DNA of 64,000 bases. Origin: the human T2T-CHM13v2.0 reference genome, Homo sapiens. A program made the position numbers and the translations under genes. The DNA is taken from the NCBI RefSeq assembly GCF_009914755.1, contig NC_060925.1. The stretch is one strand, 5' to 3'. Within the stretch, counting starts at the first letter, position 1. Each line of letters opens with the position of its first letter. Below, piece by piece: positions 1-19,628 of this stretch. Under the pieces are notes generated by a model. The model had not been told where the DNA came from, ran no database searches, and saw nothing but the letters and a program-made list of their open reading frames with translations.

Positions 1-114
1 TTTCCTTCTCTCTTTCTTTCTTTCTTTCCCCTCCCCTGGCCTCCCCTCCCCTCCCCTTCCTTCCTTCTTTCTTCTTTCTTTCTTTCCTTCTTTCCTTCTT
101 CCTTCCTTCCTTCC

Positions 115-159
<45 letters not shown>

Positions 160-176
160 CTCTTTCTTTTTCTTTC
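1..176 (+). repeat. (TTCC)n/(TC)n/(TTTC)n pyrimidine-rich simple repeat
   Basis: Seen directly. Confidence 0.9.
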
Positions 177-231
177 AGACAGAGTCGCACTCCAGCCTGG
201 GCGACAGAGTGAGACTCCACCATGCCCAGCC

Positions 232-1150
<919 letters not shown>

Positions 1151-1582
1151 TCTACAACATGCCTATATTGTGGAACTGATAAATGATGTCATATACTTAC
1201 CTCTATTCATCAAACACTTATTTTACCAAACACTAGTTCACTAGGAATTTAAAATGAAGCAGACATGTCCTTTGACTTTCCAATAACTCCCTGTGGATGT
1301 ATATTGTGCATAGAGGAGGGAAGAGCATAAACAAAAACTTTCCTACTGTGGGATAAATGCACTAATAGGAGGGTACATGAGAAGTATGGAAACGCGGGCT
1401 TGGGGTGCAGTGAATTCTACCTGGAGGGAGAGGGAGAAGCAGGTCCTGGAGAGCCACAAAGGACATTTTAGCTGCTCCTTGAAGAATGAGTTTCTAGCAA
1501 ATGGGTAAGGAGGTGAAGGGCAAGGATTGCACACAAAAGAAATAGCATAGTGGAAGAAATGCAAGTGCCCACTGACAGGTGA

Positions 1583-1973
<391 letters not shown>

Positions 1974-2739
1974 GGTTACGATGGTAACTTTTTTGTTATA
2001 TGTATTTTACCACAATTAAAAAGTTGAAAAATAACAGAACTAGCATGAACAAAAATATAAATGGTGTAGTGGCCTGGATGCAGGGAGGGCACAAGAAGGA
2101 GGGAGAGCAGGAGATGTGGCTGGAGGGAAGAACAGAGCTGGGTTGTAACGGGCCTATGTATCATCATAAATTTGCACTTTATTCAATAGCTATTGTGGAA
2201 ATGGGAGCAAAACCCACTTTGACAGAGTCCTAACTCTGGACGTGGAGGACCTATGTCTCCACAGCTGCAGTCCTACAACCCAGATTACAAACTTCCCAGG
2301 TCTATACCACCAGTAAGGATCCTATGGCCAGGGGCAGAGGTTATTGAGCCTTGGAGGCTGGGAAGAGGTAGGAAGCAAGGATTGGGGATCCTAAAGAGGA
2401 AAGGACTAGGGAAGAAGCTGTTGGAATGGAGAGGGTATGGGAACCGATGGGGCAGGGCGAAGGGTATGTTGATCCCTTCGTGTAGCTCAGAGGGTCAGGA
2501 GCAGGGAGGGCAGCTCAGGGCTCCACTGTCTTCAGATCAATCATTTTCCCATCTCCCTCCTACTCTCCTCACCACGGACATGCTGGGGGAGTGAGGTGGT
2601 AGGGACAGGAGGGAGACGCAGTGGCGGAAACCAAGACGAGGGTCTTTCCATCCTTCTCTTTCGTCCATACTCAAAACTATGGACTAGTATTGGGGTGAAA
2701 GGAGCAGTGGGAATGGAGTGAGGAGGAGGAGATGGAAAG

Positions 2740-2800
2740 TCTCTCTCTCTCTCTCTCTCTCTTAGTCTCTCTCTCTCTCTCTTAGTCTCTTTCTCTCTCC
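2740..2800 (+). repeat. (TC)n with TTAG interruptions
   Basis: Seen directly. Confidence 0.85.
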
Positions 2801-3337
2801 TCCCTTCTTCCACTGAAGGTCCTATTTCCATCAGATACTGATACTAGAACTGCGAAGGGTGGTGGGGGTGGTAATGTGGTAGATAGACCCGGCTAGACTC
2901 AGGCATGATATTACGCAGTGATGCTTCTGCAACAGCCAAGGAACAAGGGAAGAAGAGGGAAAGCATGCATGTGTGCATGCGTGTGTGTTTGTGTGTGTGT
3001 GTACACCTCCAGTGTTACAGAGTGAGGCAAAGGGAATCCCTGTAATCACCCGGCTGTGGACAAGATAAGTGACCAGCATAAATAAACATACTGCAGTCAG
3101 TACGTGACAGGAGCCTCCTCGCCCATGGAGGCATGGCACACTGCAAGGCAGGTGGCCTGGCATATAGTTTGTTCTATCTACCAAGGTGACTCCCTAGGCT
3201 CGGTGCCAAGTGCCGAAGAACCCTACAAGAGTGCTATTGGTCTTTGGTGGAAAGAATAGCTACCACAAGGCAAGGCCAAGACAGAGTCGATTGGAGAAAA
3301 GCAGGCTAGTCCTTTGCTGGTAAGCTTGCCTTTTTAA

Positions 3338-3636
3338 CTTTTTTTTTTTTCTTTGAGAGGGGGTCTCACTCTGTCGCCCAGGCTGGAGTGCAGTGGCATG
3401 ATCTCGGCTCACTGCAACCTCTTCCTCCCAGGCTCACGTGATCTCCCGTTTCAGCCACCCAAGTAGCTGGGACTACAGGCACACACCCCCATACCCAGCT
3501 AATTTTCTGTATTTTTAGTAGAGACAGGGTTTTGCCATGTTGCCCAGGCTGGCCGCAAACTCCTGAGCTCAAGCAATCTGCCTGCCTCGGCCTCCCAGAG
3601 TGCTAGGATTACAGGTGTGAGCCACAGTGCCCAGCC
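3338..3636 (-). mobile_element. AluJ
   Basis: Reverse Alu consensus. Confidence 0.9.
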
Positions 3637-3841
3637 TTAATTTTTTTTTTAATCAAGAATATTTGAGAAAATATTTCAAATTTGCCTTTAAGCCTTTTGC
3701 TGAACTTCAAGAAAAGTTCTACCTCTATGCATAACTTTTCCAAAACAACGCAAACCAAAAAGATTTTGAGTGGCACATTTGCCTTCTTCACCAAAGCCCC
3801 GTTCCATCATTATTAGAAGTAACTGTTTAAATTCAATTTTT

Positions 3842-4146
<305 letters not shown>

Positions 4147-4705
4147 TTAATTAATTAAATTTAATTTTTAATTGAGTCAGTTTAATTGTCAAAACCTTAT
4201 AAATAAACAGCACTTCAAGCAAAATAGCACTTGTATATATTTTTAAAGATTCAAAATACAAAAATGATTCATTGGGTTATACAACACCAATAGTTTTTCA
4301 TTGAATGAAAACGTGAGAGCGCTACCTTGAAGGAATCTTGTCTTTAGTCATGTTCTCATCACAATCAGCATGTCTCACTGACGATTGATTGTCAGAGTCA
4401 ATGGCAAAGTAAACTCCTCACTATATCCTTGACTCTATGGATTTTGCATTTGTCCTCCCTACCTCCCCAGACCCAAGACAAGTTGGAGGGAATGGAGTGG
4501 AAGACTAATCATTTAATTACAATCACAAGTCACTAAACAGTAAGCCACAGCTTCCTGCTGTCTAGCTGCTATTTCTGTAGAATTTGCTGTGAAATAGATG
4601 GAATTGTGTACTGACTTTTAAAAAGCATCTGATAAAAATACCATTCATTCAATTACATAAGGAGCCATAAGATAAGCTTGAAAATAGAGTTTATTAAATT
4701 TTTGA

Positions 4706-5363
<658 letters not shown>

Positions 5364-7435
5364 GTTCTGGAATCCTGCCCCGGCTTTCAGAATTCTGGGG
5401 GAAAATGTTCTAAAAGGGTATTCCTGTACAACCTCCATAAAAATAGCCCTGCTTACATGTATGTAGCTCATTCATCCATGCATCACCTACATAATGAATG
5501 GAACCATGGCAGCTACTGTGAGACAGGCAGGTGTATAAACATACATTTATATGTGTACACATAAAATGACTCATCACATATATGTCCTTGCCTACTAGCT
5601 TATAATTCTTTTAGGGCAGATTCAATGTTGGTTTTATCTTTTTATATCTGTCTGGTTGTAGTTCAGTGCCTTGATCATGGTAAGTATTAAATTGATGTTT
5701 GTTGGCTGATGTCTGGTCTGCTGGGGTCACAAATTTTCAAGATGCACGCAGAGGTAATGGGGTTGGACAAGTTTTGCTAAAACATATTCATCCTTTAAAC
5801 GCATAAACTGTATTCTCTTCCGGAGCACATTTCCAACATCAAATATTGAAGACGTCTACACACTTGATTTTATTTTTTCCATGACAGATAGGCTCATTAG
5901 ATGGGACACTTCAGGCCAAGAATGACATACGACTTCATGACATTCTCTGTCCGTGATGTTGTCATAAGCACTTAGCCCCAGTTCATTTAGCTTATATAGT
6001 ACTGGCCGCCAACATCATCTGAGGTTACAATATTGTTCAGGCGTCTCACGTCATCACTTTCCATTCCCTCTAGCTCCGAGAGTCTCATTTTAGCCGTGGG
6101 GATCACGTGGCATGGCATGTCTATAATGTCACTTGTAGAGATACCGTTACCGGTTTGCCCCTACTGTCCAGTGACCCCACTCCAAAAGCAAGCATCACGC
6201 GCTGTGTGTGCGGTTCAGAATAAGAGGATCCAAGCAGAGGGCTTTGCCTGCAGTAAATGTTTCAGACAGATGTGAACAAGGCAGTTTCTCCGTGTTCACT
6301 GACAAATTTGGCCATAATACCCATGTCACTATAACGCACATCACATTTTCCCGAGAGTAAGTGATAATAGAATAAAAATCCCCGCTCTGAATATCAAGAG
6401 CTTCAATGATCCCACAAATCCCCCTGCAATTTTATCCAGACTGCCATCCCAGCAGTGGAAGCAGGGATTTTAGAAACCCATTTTTCTACCTAGGAACATC
6501 ACTTTAGGACAATCATCTTTATTTCACTGCTATTCAGTTCCAGACCCATAAACATAAAGAGGGAAATACAGAAATAGAATCAGAAGGGCAGGGGAAGAAA
6601 AGAGTGGAACAAAATACTTTTTAAGAGCTACATGGACTTAATGGAATTTCCTTTCTATATAATCCTCAGGATCATTAAAAATAGGTCCTGACTGCCTTTT
6701 TTTGGTCCTGCAAAAGTTCTAGGTCTTGTACCCCTTCTAACATAGGCACCAGGCTGACGGGTAGGAGTGCTTAGAGCCGGGGTCCCTCGCAGAGCAGCTG
6801 CACATTAGCTGGCATTTGCCAGTCCTCTGTGAGTCGGTTGCCAGGTTTCTAGAGTGTTAGAATAGTAAACAGTTGTTTCTCAGAAACAGAGAGAGGGTTA
6901 TCCACAACCTCACATGCTAAATTTAAATTTAATAAAGCTCTTTCCTAACCATTGAGATCAGTGATTTTTAACCAGGGTGGGGGTGAGGAGAGATCTATCT
7001 CCAAGGAGTTTGGGGAAGGAACCAGCATGTGGAGTTCAAAAAAAGTCCCCGAGTGATTCTGTATCCCACCTCCAAATCCCAATGTCTCATCAGAGAGTCG
7101 CTGGCACAGAGCTGGGATGCTGACGGAGGCCCCTCCAGCTTTTTCTGCAATTTGCCCGCAGTGCTCCTGACATTTCCAAAAGGGAGCACTCAGGGAAGAT
7201 CACACAGAGGAGATGTCAGAAGTCCTCGGCTGCCCTCCTTGATGTTGCCCTGTGAGCTTTCTCACAGCTATCAGGGGGTAGCTAAAGAGACAGAAGAGTC
7301 TAATGAGGATGAGGTGGGTATAATTAAATGTTGACAACAGTTGACGGAGAGTCTTAAGTTTGATCCTTGGAGCTGCGGGAGATTTAGAGTGGGAATTTGG
7401 ATGTCATCAGTCGTGTCTTCTACAGTCCCTGAAGA

Positions 7436-7742
7436 GGCTGGGTATGGTAGGTCATGCCTGTAATCGCAGCAGTTTGGGAGCCAAGGCGGGTGGATCACCT
7501 GAGGTCAGGAGTTCGAGACCAGCCTGGCCAACATGAGAAAACCCTGTCTTTCCTCAAAATACAAAAAATTGGCCAGGTGTGGTGGTGGGTGCCTGTAATC
7601 CCAGCAGTTTGGGAGGCTGAGGTAGGAGAATTGCTTGAACCCGGAAGGCGGAGGTTGCAGTGAGCCTAGATTGGGTCATTGCACTTCAGCCTAGGCGACA
7701 GAGCAAGACTCTGTCTCAAAATCAAATCAAATCGAATCAAAT
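7436..7742 (+). mobile_element. AluS
   Basis: Alu consensus with an AATCA-repeat tail and flanking duplication TCCCTGAAGA. Confidence 0.9.
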
Positions 7743-7904
7743 CCCTGAAGAACAGGGATGGCTGCACAGACAAACAGCAATGAAGTATGGCAATGAAGGC
7801 TGAAGATGGAAGTAGATGCGTCCTTCCACACAATCCCCTGCTTTCATGTTATGAGCTTGGGAGGGAGGCTTCCTTTTTGCAAAAGTGGGAAAGCACAGAT
7901 GTCA

Positions 7905-8264
<360 letters not shown>

Positions 8265-8421
8265 TGTGTATAAGGAAACCAAAAACAAGCTGGTGTTTTA
8301 AAAATTGCTGGTAATTTTTTGTTTGGTAAGCCATAAAGAATTGCACATGCATAACTGTGGGGAAGACACTTTCCTAGTTCTGAAACTAACTCTTGAATTG
8401 GACATTTAGTTATGAAATTAA

Positions 8422-8804
<383 letters not shown>

Positions 8805-8809
8805 TCATA

Positions 8810-9800
<991 letters not shown>

Positions 9801-10029
9801 ATAGCTGCTATAGTGAATGTCTGAGGCAGATCGAGGTAAACAGAAGATAGGCTGGAGGCCGGGAGCTACCAGCCAGAGGCTCCACTCAGTGGCCCGGAGG
9901 GGTCACTATTTCTGTGCAGTAACCTGTGCCTTGGCACCCCTAGAGGGAAGCCATAGAACCCAGCAGCCATTCCCAAACCCCTTTTTCTTTGCCTGCCTCC
10001 CACCAAAGAACCTGGGGAAAACAAAATAA

Positions 10030-10430
<401 letters not shown>

Positions 10431-11603
10431 AGTTTCTGAGAAAGATTTTGCTTTCTCCCAAAAGCTACAGGTGGGAGAAAAGAACATGCTGGCACTTCCC
10501 CTCTCTCTTGCCTTAAATGCCTGGAGCTGAGGCAGCCATGCTGCAACTGGGAGGGGCCAAGCACACGGCCTTTGGGATGGTGGAATGCGAAAACTGGCTT
10601 AGACAGAGCCAGGGTGCAGCCTCCATGCTCTTTTTGTCACATCGGAAAAATAAACCCCATTCGTGTAAGCTAGTCTAGTTCAATTTTCTGTGTTTAGCAT
10701 CTAGAAACATGGCTCATGGAGACAGCTATCTACGAAGCTATGGAGCCAGGATGCTAACCTGCTCTGTGTAGCACAGTGAAGAATTGTCTCTGTGGCTGGT
10801 GGAGTGCGGTGCAGATTTAGGTTGCCTTGAGGAAAAATGTTTTATTGTGCATTTTTTCTTAAGTATACTCAGAGACGGCTCTGTGCTTAAAAAAACAAAC
10901 AACATGGCCTAGCACAGTGGCTCACGCCTGTAATCCCAGCACTCTGAGACGAGTTACAGTGGTTGTCTTGAACTGTGATTGTGCCCCTTGCACTCCAGTC
11001 TGAGTGACAGAGACTCCATCTCAAACAACAGCAACAAAACACAACATATCCCATAAAATGTGTGCTTACGGAGTGTGTTTTGTCTGAAAGTTGCTGAAAG
11101 CTGTTGCTGGGCTGAAAGTTGAAGGAGCTGTCCCAGGCTCTGGCAAGAGCAGCACTCTTTGGGCACCAGAGACAGACTGTGGGGCGGAGGAGGGAAAGGG
11201 GCTACACCCTTCCCCACACACCCGGCCAAATTTCACACACGGCTCCCTGGGAATGTGACCGTCCCATGCAGTGCCACCCATACAGCCAAACCTCCAAGGC
11301 GAGCAAGTGGAGGTCATCATTCAAGTCAGCCTCTCCTCTGTTTGAGGCCCAGTTGCTTTTGCTGGAACTCATGACTCTGATTCTGGTCTCTGATCTCTGA
11401 TTCTTGATCTCTGATTCTGGTCTCTGTAGTTCGATGTTTGCCTCAGTGTGTGGCATTCAAAAGTCCTCCTACCTTTGCCCTCTCCATCTGCTGCACCTCC
11501 CACCAACTTAGATGAAACTCTTGTACTTGGTCTTGGTCCTTTTATCTATCAATATTTGCCATATTACAAATAAAAACTAAGACATTTAAAAATATTATAT
11601 TAC

Positions 11604-12270
11604 TTCTCACTTATAAGTGAGGACATGTGGTATTTGGTTTTCTGTTCCTGTGTTGGTTTGCTAAGGATAATGGCCTCCAGCTCCATCCGTGTCCCTGAAA
11701 GGACATGATCTCATTCTTTCTTATGGCCGCATTGTATTCCATGGTGTATATGTACCACGTTTTCTTTATCCAGTATGGCATTGATGGGCATTTGGGTTGA
11801 TTCCATGTCTTTGCTATTGTGAATAGTGCTGCAATGAACATGCGCGTGCACAGGTCTTTAGAGTAGAATGATTTCTATTCCTTCGGGTATATACCCAGTA
11901 ATGGGATTGCGGGTCAGGTGGTATTTCTGTCTTGAGGTCTTTCAGGAATCGTCACACTGTCTTCCACAATGGTTGAACTCATTTACACTCCCACCAACAG
12001 TGTATATGAGAACACATGGACACATGGAGGGGAACAACACACACTGGGGCCTACTGGAGAATGAAGGGTGGGAGGAGGGAAAGGATCAGGAAAAATAACT
12101 AATGAGTTAATGTTTACTAGGCTTAATACCTGGGTGATGAAGTAATCTGTACAACAACCCCCCCACGACACAAGTGTACCTGTGTCAACCAAAACCGCAA
12201 TTACTTTTCCATCAACATAATAACAAACCTAATAATGTACCCCTGAACTTAAACTAAATGTTAAAAAAAT
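11604..12270 (+). mobile_element. 5'-truncated L1PA/PB with 5' inversion (11604-12004 inverted; 12005-12270 sense 3' UTR and A tail)
   Basis: Minus strand encodes the L1 ORF2 C-terminus MFIAALFTIAKTWNQPKCPS. The plus-strand part is L1 3' UTR (ATGAGAACACATGGACAC...). Confidence 0.88.
12190..12223. mobile_element. Half MADE1 (mariner MITE) terminal inverted repeat
   Basis: CAAAACCGCAATTACTTTTCCATCAACATAATA resembles the MADE1 TIR AAAAACCGCAATTACTTTTGCACCAACCTAA. Confidence 0.75.
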
Positions 12271-12466
12271 TTATATTAATTCACTGAAAAATAACAACAA
12301 GTTATTACACATGAACATAAATGTAGCATAAGATCCCCAGGGTTGTTGTCTGATCAAGCCAGCCCTGGCTTACCTGGCAACGGGAAGAGGAGGGACTATG
12401 GCCTCTTCTGAAGTGAGGTAATCATTCTGATGAAACAATGTGTGTAAAGATAATATTCAAAAGCAG

Positions 12467-13200
<734 letters not shown>

Positions 13201-13911
13201 ACTGCCCCACCCACCCCTTTTCACATCCCACTCACATTCCTCACACTGCACACTTCCCTGGTGCCTTGTATTTTCCTTAAGATTACCTGAATGTTTGCTC
13301 TGAATTTGTTTCCCCAGTGTAAAGCATGTGTGTGTGAGTGTGAAGGAGAAGGTGGGCATATGTATGAGGGATGGAGTGGGCATCTGGTATGCACAATATG
13401 ACTTTCCCCACACCCCATTCTCCTGATGGTCAGAGACCGCCTTTAAGACCCAGGACAGAAACAGTGCATGGGGAAGAGGGGGTGACAGATTGTATGGAAT
13501 CTTTCTGAATCTTCCTTCAAACAATTTCTAATTACCCGGTCCTTTCCTTCACATATAATCTATATAACAGTCAATCATGACCTTCCATTTATTTTCTAAA
13601 AACCTTAATTCTGGCTTTTATTCCTAAACATATCTGCATGGTGAGCAGCCAGGCTGGTGAGCCACACCTAGGATTCCCTTCCCAGACTAGGGGAATTTAG
13701 ACAATGAAATCACAAACACACCATAATGAAGACCTCCTGCCCCCCACCCCCCAACCTGTCTCTTTCTTTGCTTTTCAGGATCTTCTCTTGTACTGCAGCA
13801 GCATAGCCAAGGAGGCGTATAGGGGTCCACAGAGCCCATCTGGGTATCCGGTCTCAAAGACCTTATCATTGCCAACTCCAATGAGGCATCTGCATGAAGG
13901 GAGCTGTGTTC

Positions 13912-14345
13912 TTTTTTTATTTTTATTTTTCTAATTATTATTTTTAGACTGAGTTTCGCTCTTGTTGCACAGGCTGGAGTGCGGTGGTGCAGTCTTGGCT
14001 CACTGCAGCCTCCGCCTCCTGGGTTCAAGTGATTCCCTGGCTGGGCTCGGTGGCTCACACCTGTAATCCCAGCACTTTGGGAGGTTGAGGCAGGCAGATC
14101 ATCTGAGGTCAGGAGTTCAAGGCCAGCCTGGCCAACAGGGTGAAACCCTGTCTCTACTAAAAATGCAGAAATTTGCTGGGCGTGGTGGTGCGAACCTGTA
14201 ATCCCACCTACTCAGGAGGCTGAGGCAGGAGAATGGCTTGAACCCAGGAGGCAGAGGTTGCAGTGAGTGGAGACAGCACCGCACTCCAGCCTGGGCAACA
14301 AGAGTGAAACGCTGTCTAAAAATAATAATAATAAATAAAATAAAA
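13912..14345. mobile_element. Truncated minus-strand Alu (13912-14036) abutting a full plus-strand Alu (14039-14345)
   Basis: Alu consensus segments. Confidence 0.88.
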
Positions 14346-15025
14346 TATGCCTCCATCTGTAAGAGGCAAAGACACCTAGGGTGAAAAGGTAAATACCTTG
14401 TGTAAAATTTGACTAAAACCCCAGAAATTAACTCAAGTCCTGGAACGCGTCCCAGGACGCTGCTCCCAGAACCACTGTTTCAGTGTTGCTTGCTGGGGAA
14501 GGGCCCTCACCAGCAAACAACAGAGGGTGCCCAAAGTAACAATTGGACTTAATAAAAGGAGCTTATACGAAGGAGGATTGAAGGTTGCTGTTGTCCTATG
14601 CTGGGGGATGCCCCAACTCCTACTGCAGGATCCAGCGCGTCTGTCTTCCGACTCCAGTGATGACTCTTCTGTGGTCTGGTGAGCTTTGGTTACATTTTGT
14701 CTTCTTTTATGGGTTCTTTTATACCTACTTAAGGCTGATTTGCTGTGATATTTGCTTACAGTAATAAAGTTTTAGTTTTCCCCTCCCCGCTACTAGAGTT
14801 CTCGGCTTGCCCTTCCAACACCATCTTGAAACACCTGCCTCCGTCTAGTAGGCTGATCCCCTCAGCTATCGCTCTTGCTTTCTTTCCTCTACATGCGTGC
14901 TTGGGAGAAGGTGGGTCAGGATTAGGGCACAGGAGTTAATGAAGCAGATTGGCTTACATGGGAATCTAACGTAGGATACCGGTCTTATCACCTCCTGGCC
15001 CAACCCATATAGCAATTTGTGATGA

Positions 15026-15317
15026 GGCCGGGTGCAGTAGCTCATGCCTGTAATCCCAGCACTTTGGGAGGCCAATGCAGACAGATTGCCTGAGCCCAGG
15101 AGTTTGAGATCAATATGGGCAACATGGGAAAAACCTGTTTCTGCAAAAAATTAGCTGGGCGTGTTGATGCGCATCTGTAGTCCCAGCTACCCGGAAGGCT
15201 GAGGTGGGAGGGATCCTCTGAGCCCCGGAGGTCAGGGATGCAGTGAGCCAAGATTGCACCACTGCACTCCAACCTGGGCAAAAAAGTGAGACCCCTGACT
15301 CAAAAAAAAAAAAAAAA
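15026..15317 (+). mobile_element. AluJ
   Basis: Alu consensus. Confidence 0.9.
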
Positions 15318-16183
15318 TTGGTAATGGGAAAGGGCTGGCAGGGATCTACTGAATTTCAGGCCACTACAGAAGCAGCTTTCAGTGTCCTTCAGTGCCTTCC
15401 CAAATTCAAGTCTGAGATTTATCTGGACACTGGGCACTGGGTAGAACCCTGTTTTACATGTGACTTGGTATTGGTAAAAGGCAATATTATAGAGAGAAAA
15501 AAAATCACTGGACAAAGAAAGAATTAAAGGGTTTCTTTTAGGTTAATATAAAAGAGACAGACTAAAATGAATTTCCCAACCAAGGAAGTATTCTTTTATC
15601 TACAAGAATTACCATAAGTAATGGGAATCATGGAACTTGAATAATTAATTTATTTTGTTAAAGAAAGCACAACAGAAAGACAAAGCGGGAGAAGAAGGGG
15701 AGGAGACAAGAATAAGAAGAAAAAGAGCAAAAAGAACAAGAACAAGAAGAAAAAGAGTAAGAAGAAGCAAGAGCAGCACCAGAAATGATGCATCCAATGT
15801 GCAGTAAGGTTATATTTTAAATGTAGTTAGTAACATATGGTGATGTGTTATAAATATGCATTCACAATTAGTATGTAATGATAAATGTAATTTACTAGAT
15901 TATTAAGCATCTTTGTTTAATTAGCAAATACTTAAATTATTATAGACATATAATTACATGTATTAAATTAGCAACAGTTTTCCTGTATTTATGCAATTAT
16001 GCAGAGACATCCTTTAGTGTGCTATTAGTATAAGAATGAGTAGTCAGTAAGCATGTTGAATATTTTCTCTTTCTAACCTGCTTTCCATTATTTGATTAAA
16101 TGAAGTCACATAAGCAGAGCACTGTGCACTGTGCCAGCACGTAGCATTTGCTCATAAACATTGCCTGTTATTCTTGGAATTAA

Positions 16184-16550
<367 letters not shown>

Positions 16551-16942
16551 AAAAAAGCAAATTTCTAATCCACCAGGTTATTTACAATCTACTTCTTGCA
16601 TTTAGAATTGATCCCTTCATCCTCTAGCATTTAGTTTATACTTCTAGTGTAGGTTTTTATCTTTATTTTTTCTGTTTTATTGTATGTGTATTTCCTCTTC
16701 TTGACTCTAAATTCCTTGAGGTCAAGCCTACAGCACCATTACCTGAGATGTGGACATAGAAATTATGTTCTTTGAGTGAAACATTTTGATTTACTGAGTC
16801 TAACTCTGTAGATGTCTAATGATACGCTGTTTTCATGCCAAATGTACAGTAACCTAGAAGAATATAATTACCAGATTACATAGTTTCCTCTGAAATTTAT
16901 GTATAAGCCAAGGATGCACAAGTGCAAGATTTTCATTTATAA

Positions 16943-17565
<623 letters not shown>

Positions 17566-17867
17566 CCCAGATTTTCATTTATAATTGAAAGTGTAAAGAT
17601 TGACAAAAGGGTAAGTGAGACCAAGATTGAATTAAATTAAATAAACTTTGGTACAACTATACTATGGAACTATACAGCAATTAAAATACTGTACATATGC
17701 AGTATATGTCTATGTTGTGTGGTAGAAAGACCTGTAAGACATACTGTTAAGCAACTCGGCTTCTAAGCTTGCCTAGTATTGTTAATATAATTCCATTCTT
17801 CTAGTAACACAGGCCTATCCCTCATCTCTTCTCAAGTTGAAGGAGTCATAAAGTCCTTTTCACTTCA

Positions 17868-18187
<320 letters not shown>

Positions 18188-18768
18188 TCAAGATCTGCCA
18201 TCTTAATTTCAACCTACAGTGCCACGTGTTGAAGTTCTACAGCTTTGTCTGTGTCTAGTTTTTTCCAGCTCTACTGCTCCATGGTAAGTCATCCTAAGAT
18301 GTGCATACATCATGCCTTTGGCCCACATTTGGCAGGAGCCTGCATTCAGTAGTTTTAGCATAGCAGTCAAGAGGTTTCACAATTTCACCCTTACCTAAAC
18401 TGCAGTTTTAATATTATCTCCTATTACCTACTTGAGTTGTGTCTTAGTCAAACTTGCAGGTTTCTTCTTATCACTCTGGTTTTGTTCCCAGAATTCTGAT
18501 GATCCCCATGCCCTCTTCCATGTTGAGTGCTATAGTGGAAGGGATCAGACTCTAAATTGGGGCACCTGGCTCGTGTTCTCCGCTCCTCACTTCACTGGCA
18601 GGGATGTTGGCTGATGAATCCATCTCCTTGTCCTCTGCTTCTTCACCTGTGAGATACACGTAATGCTGTCCACCTCCTCAACCTCTCCAGGTTGCTATGA
18701 GGAGCAAATGCACTATGTCTCAATAGAGGAATGTAAATAATAATACAACTATAAGATTTAATAACTAA

Positions 18769-19063
<295 letters not shown>

Positions 19064-19293
19064 TTAATAACTAATAAAAATGCAGACTAGATTGCATCTC
19101 TTCAACAAGACTTTTCTCAGCCTTTAATAATTACCTTGTTATTGTCCATGTACCTCATTTAGTAATATATGTAATTAGTAATACATGGTGGTGTGTTATA
19201 AATATGCATTCACAATTAGTATGTAATTAGAAATGTAATTTACTAGATTATTAGGTATCTATGTTTAATTAGCAAATACTTAAATTATTATAG

Positions 19294-19628
<335 letters not shown>

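Noticed and set aside
2227-2740. Possible LTR (also 13340-14800)
   Set aside because: LTR-like composition, but I could not assign a family or boundaries with confidence.
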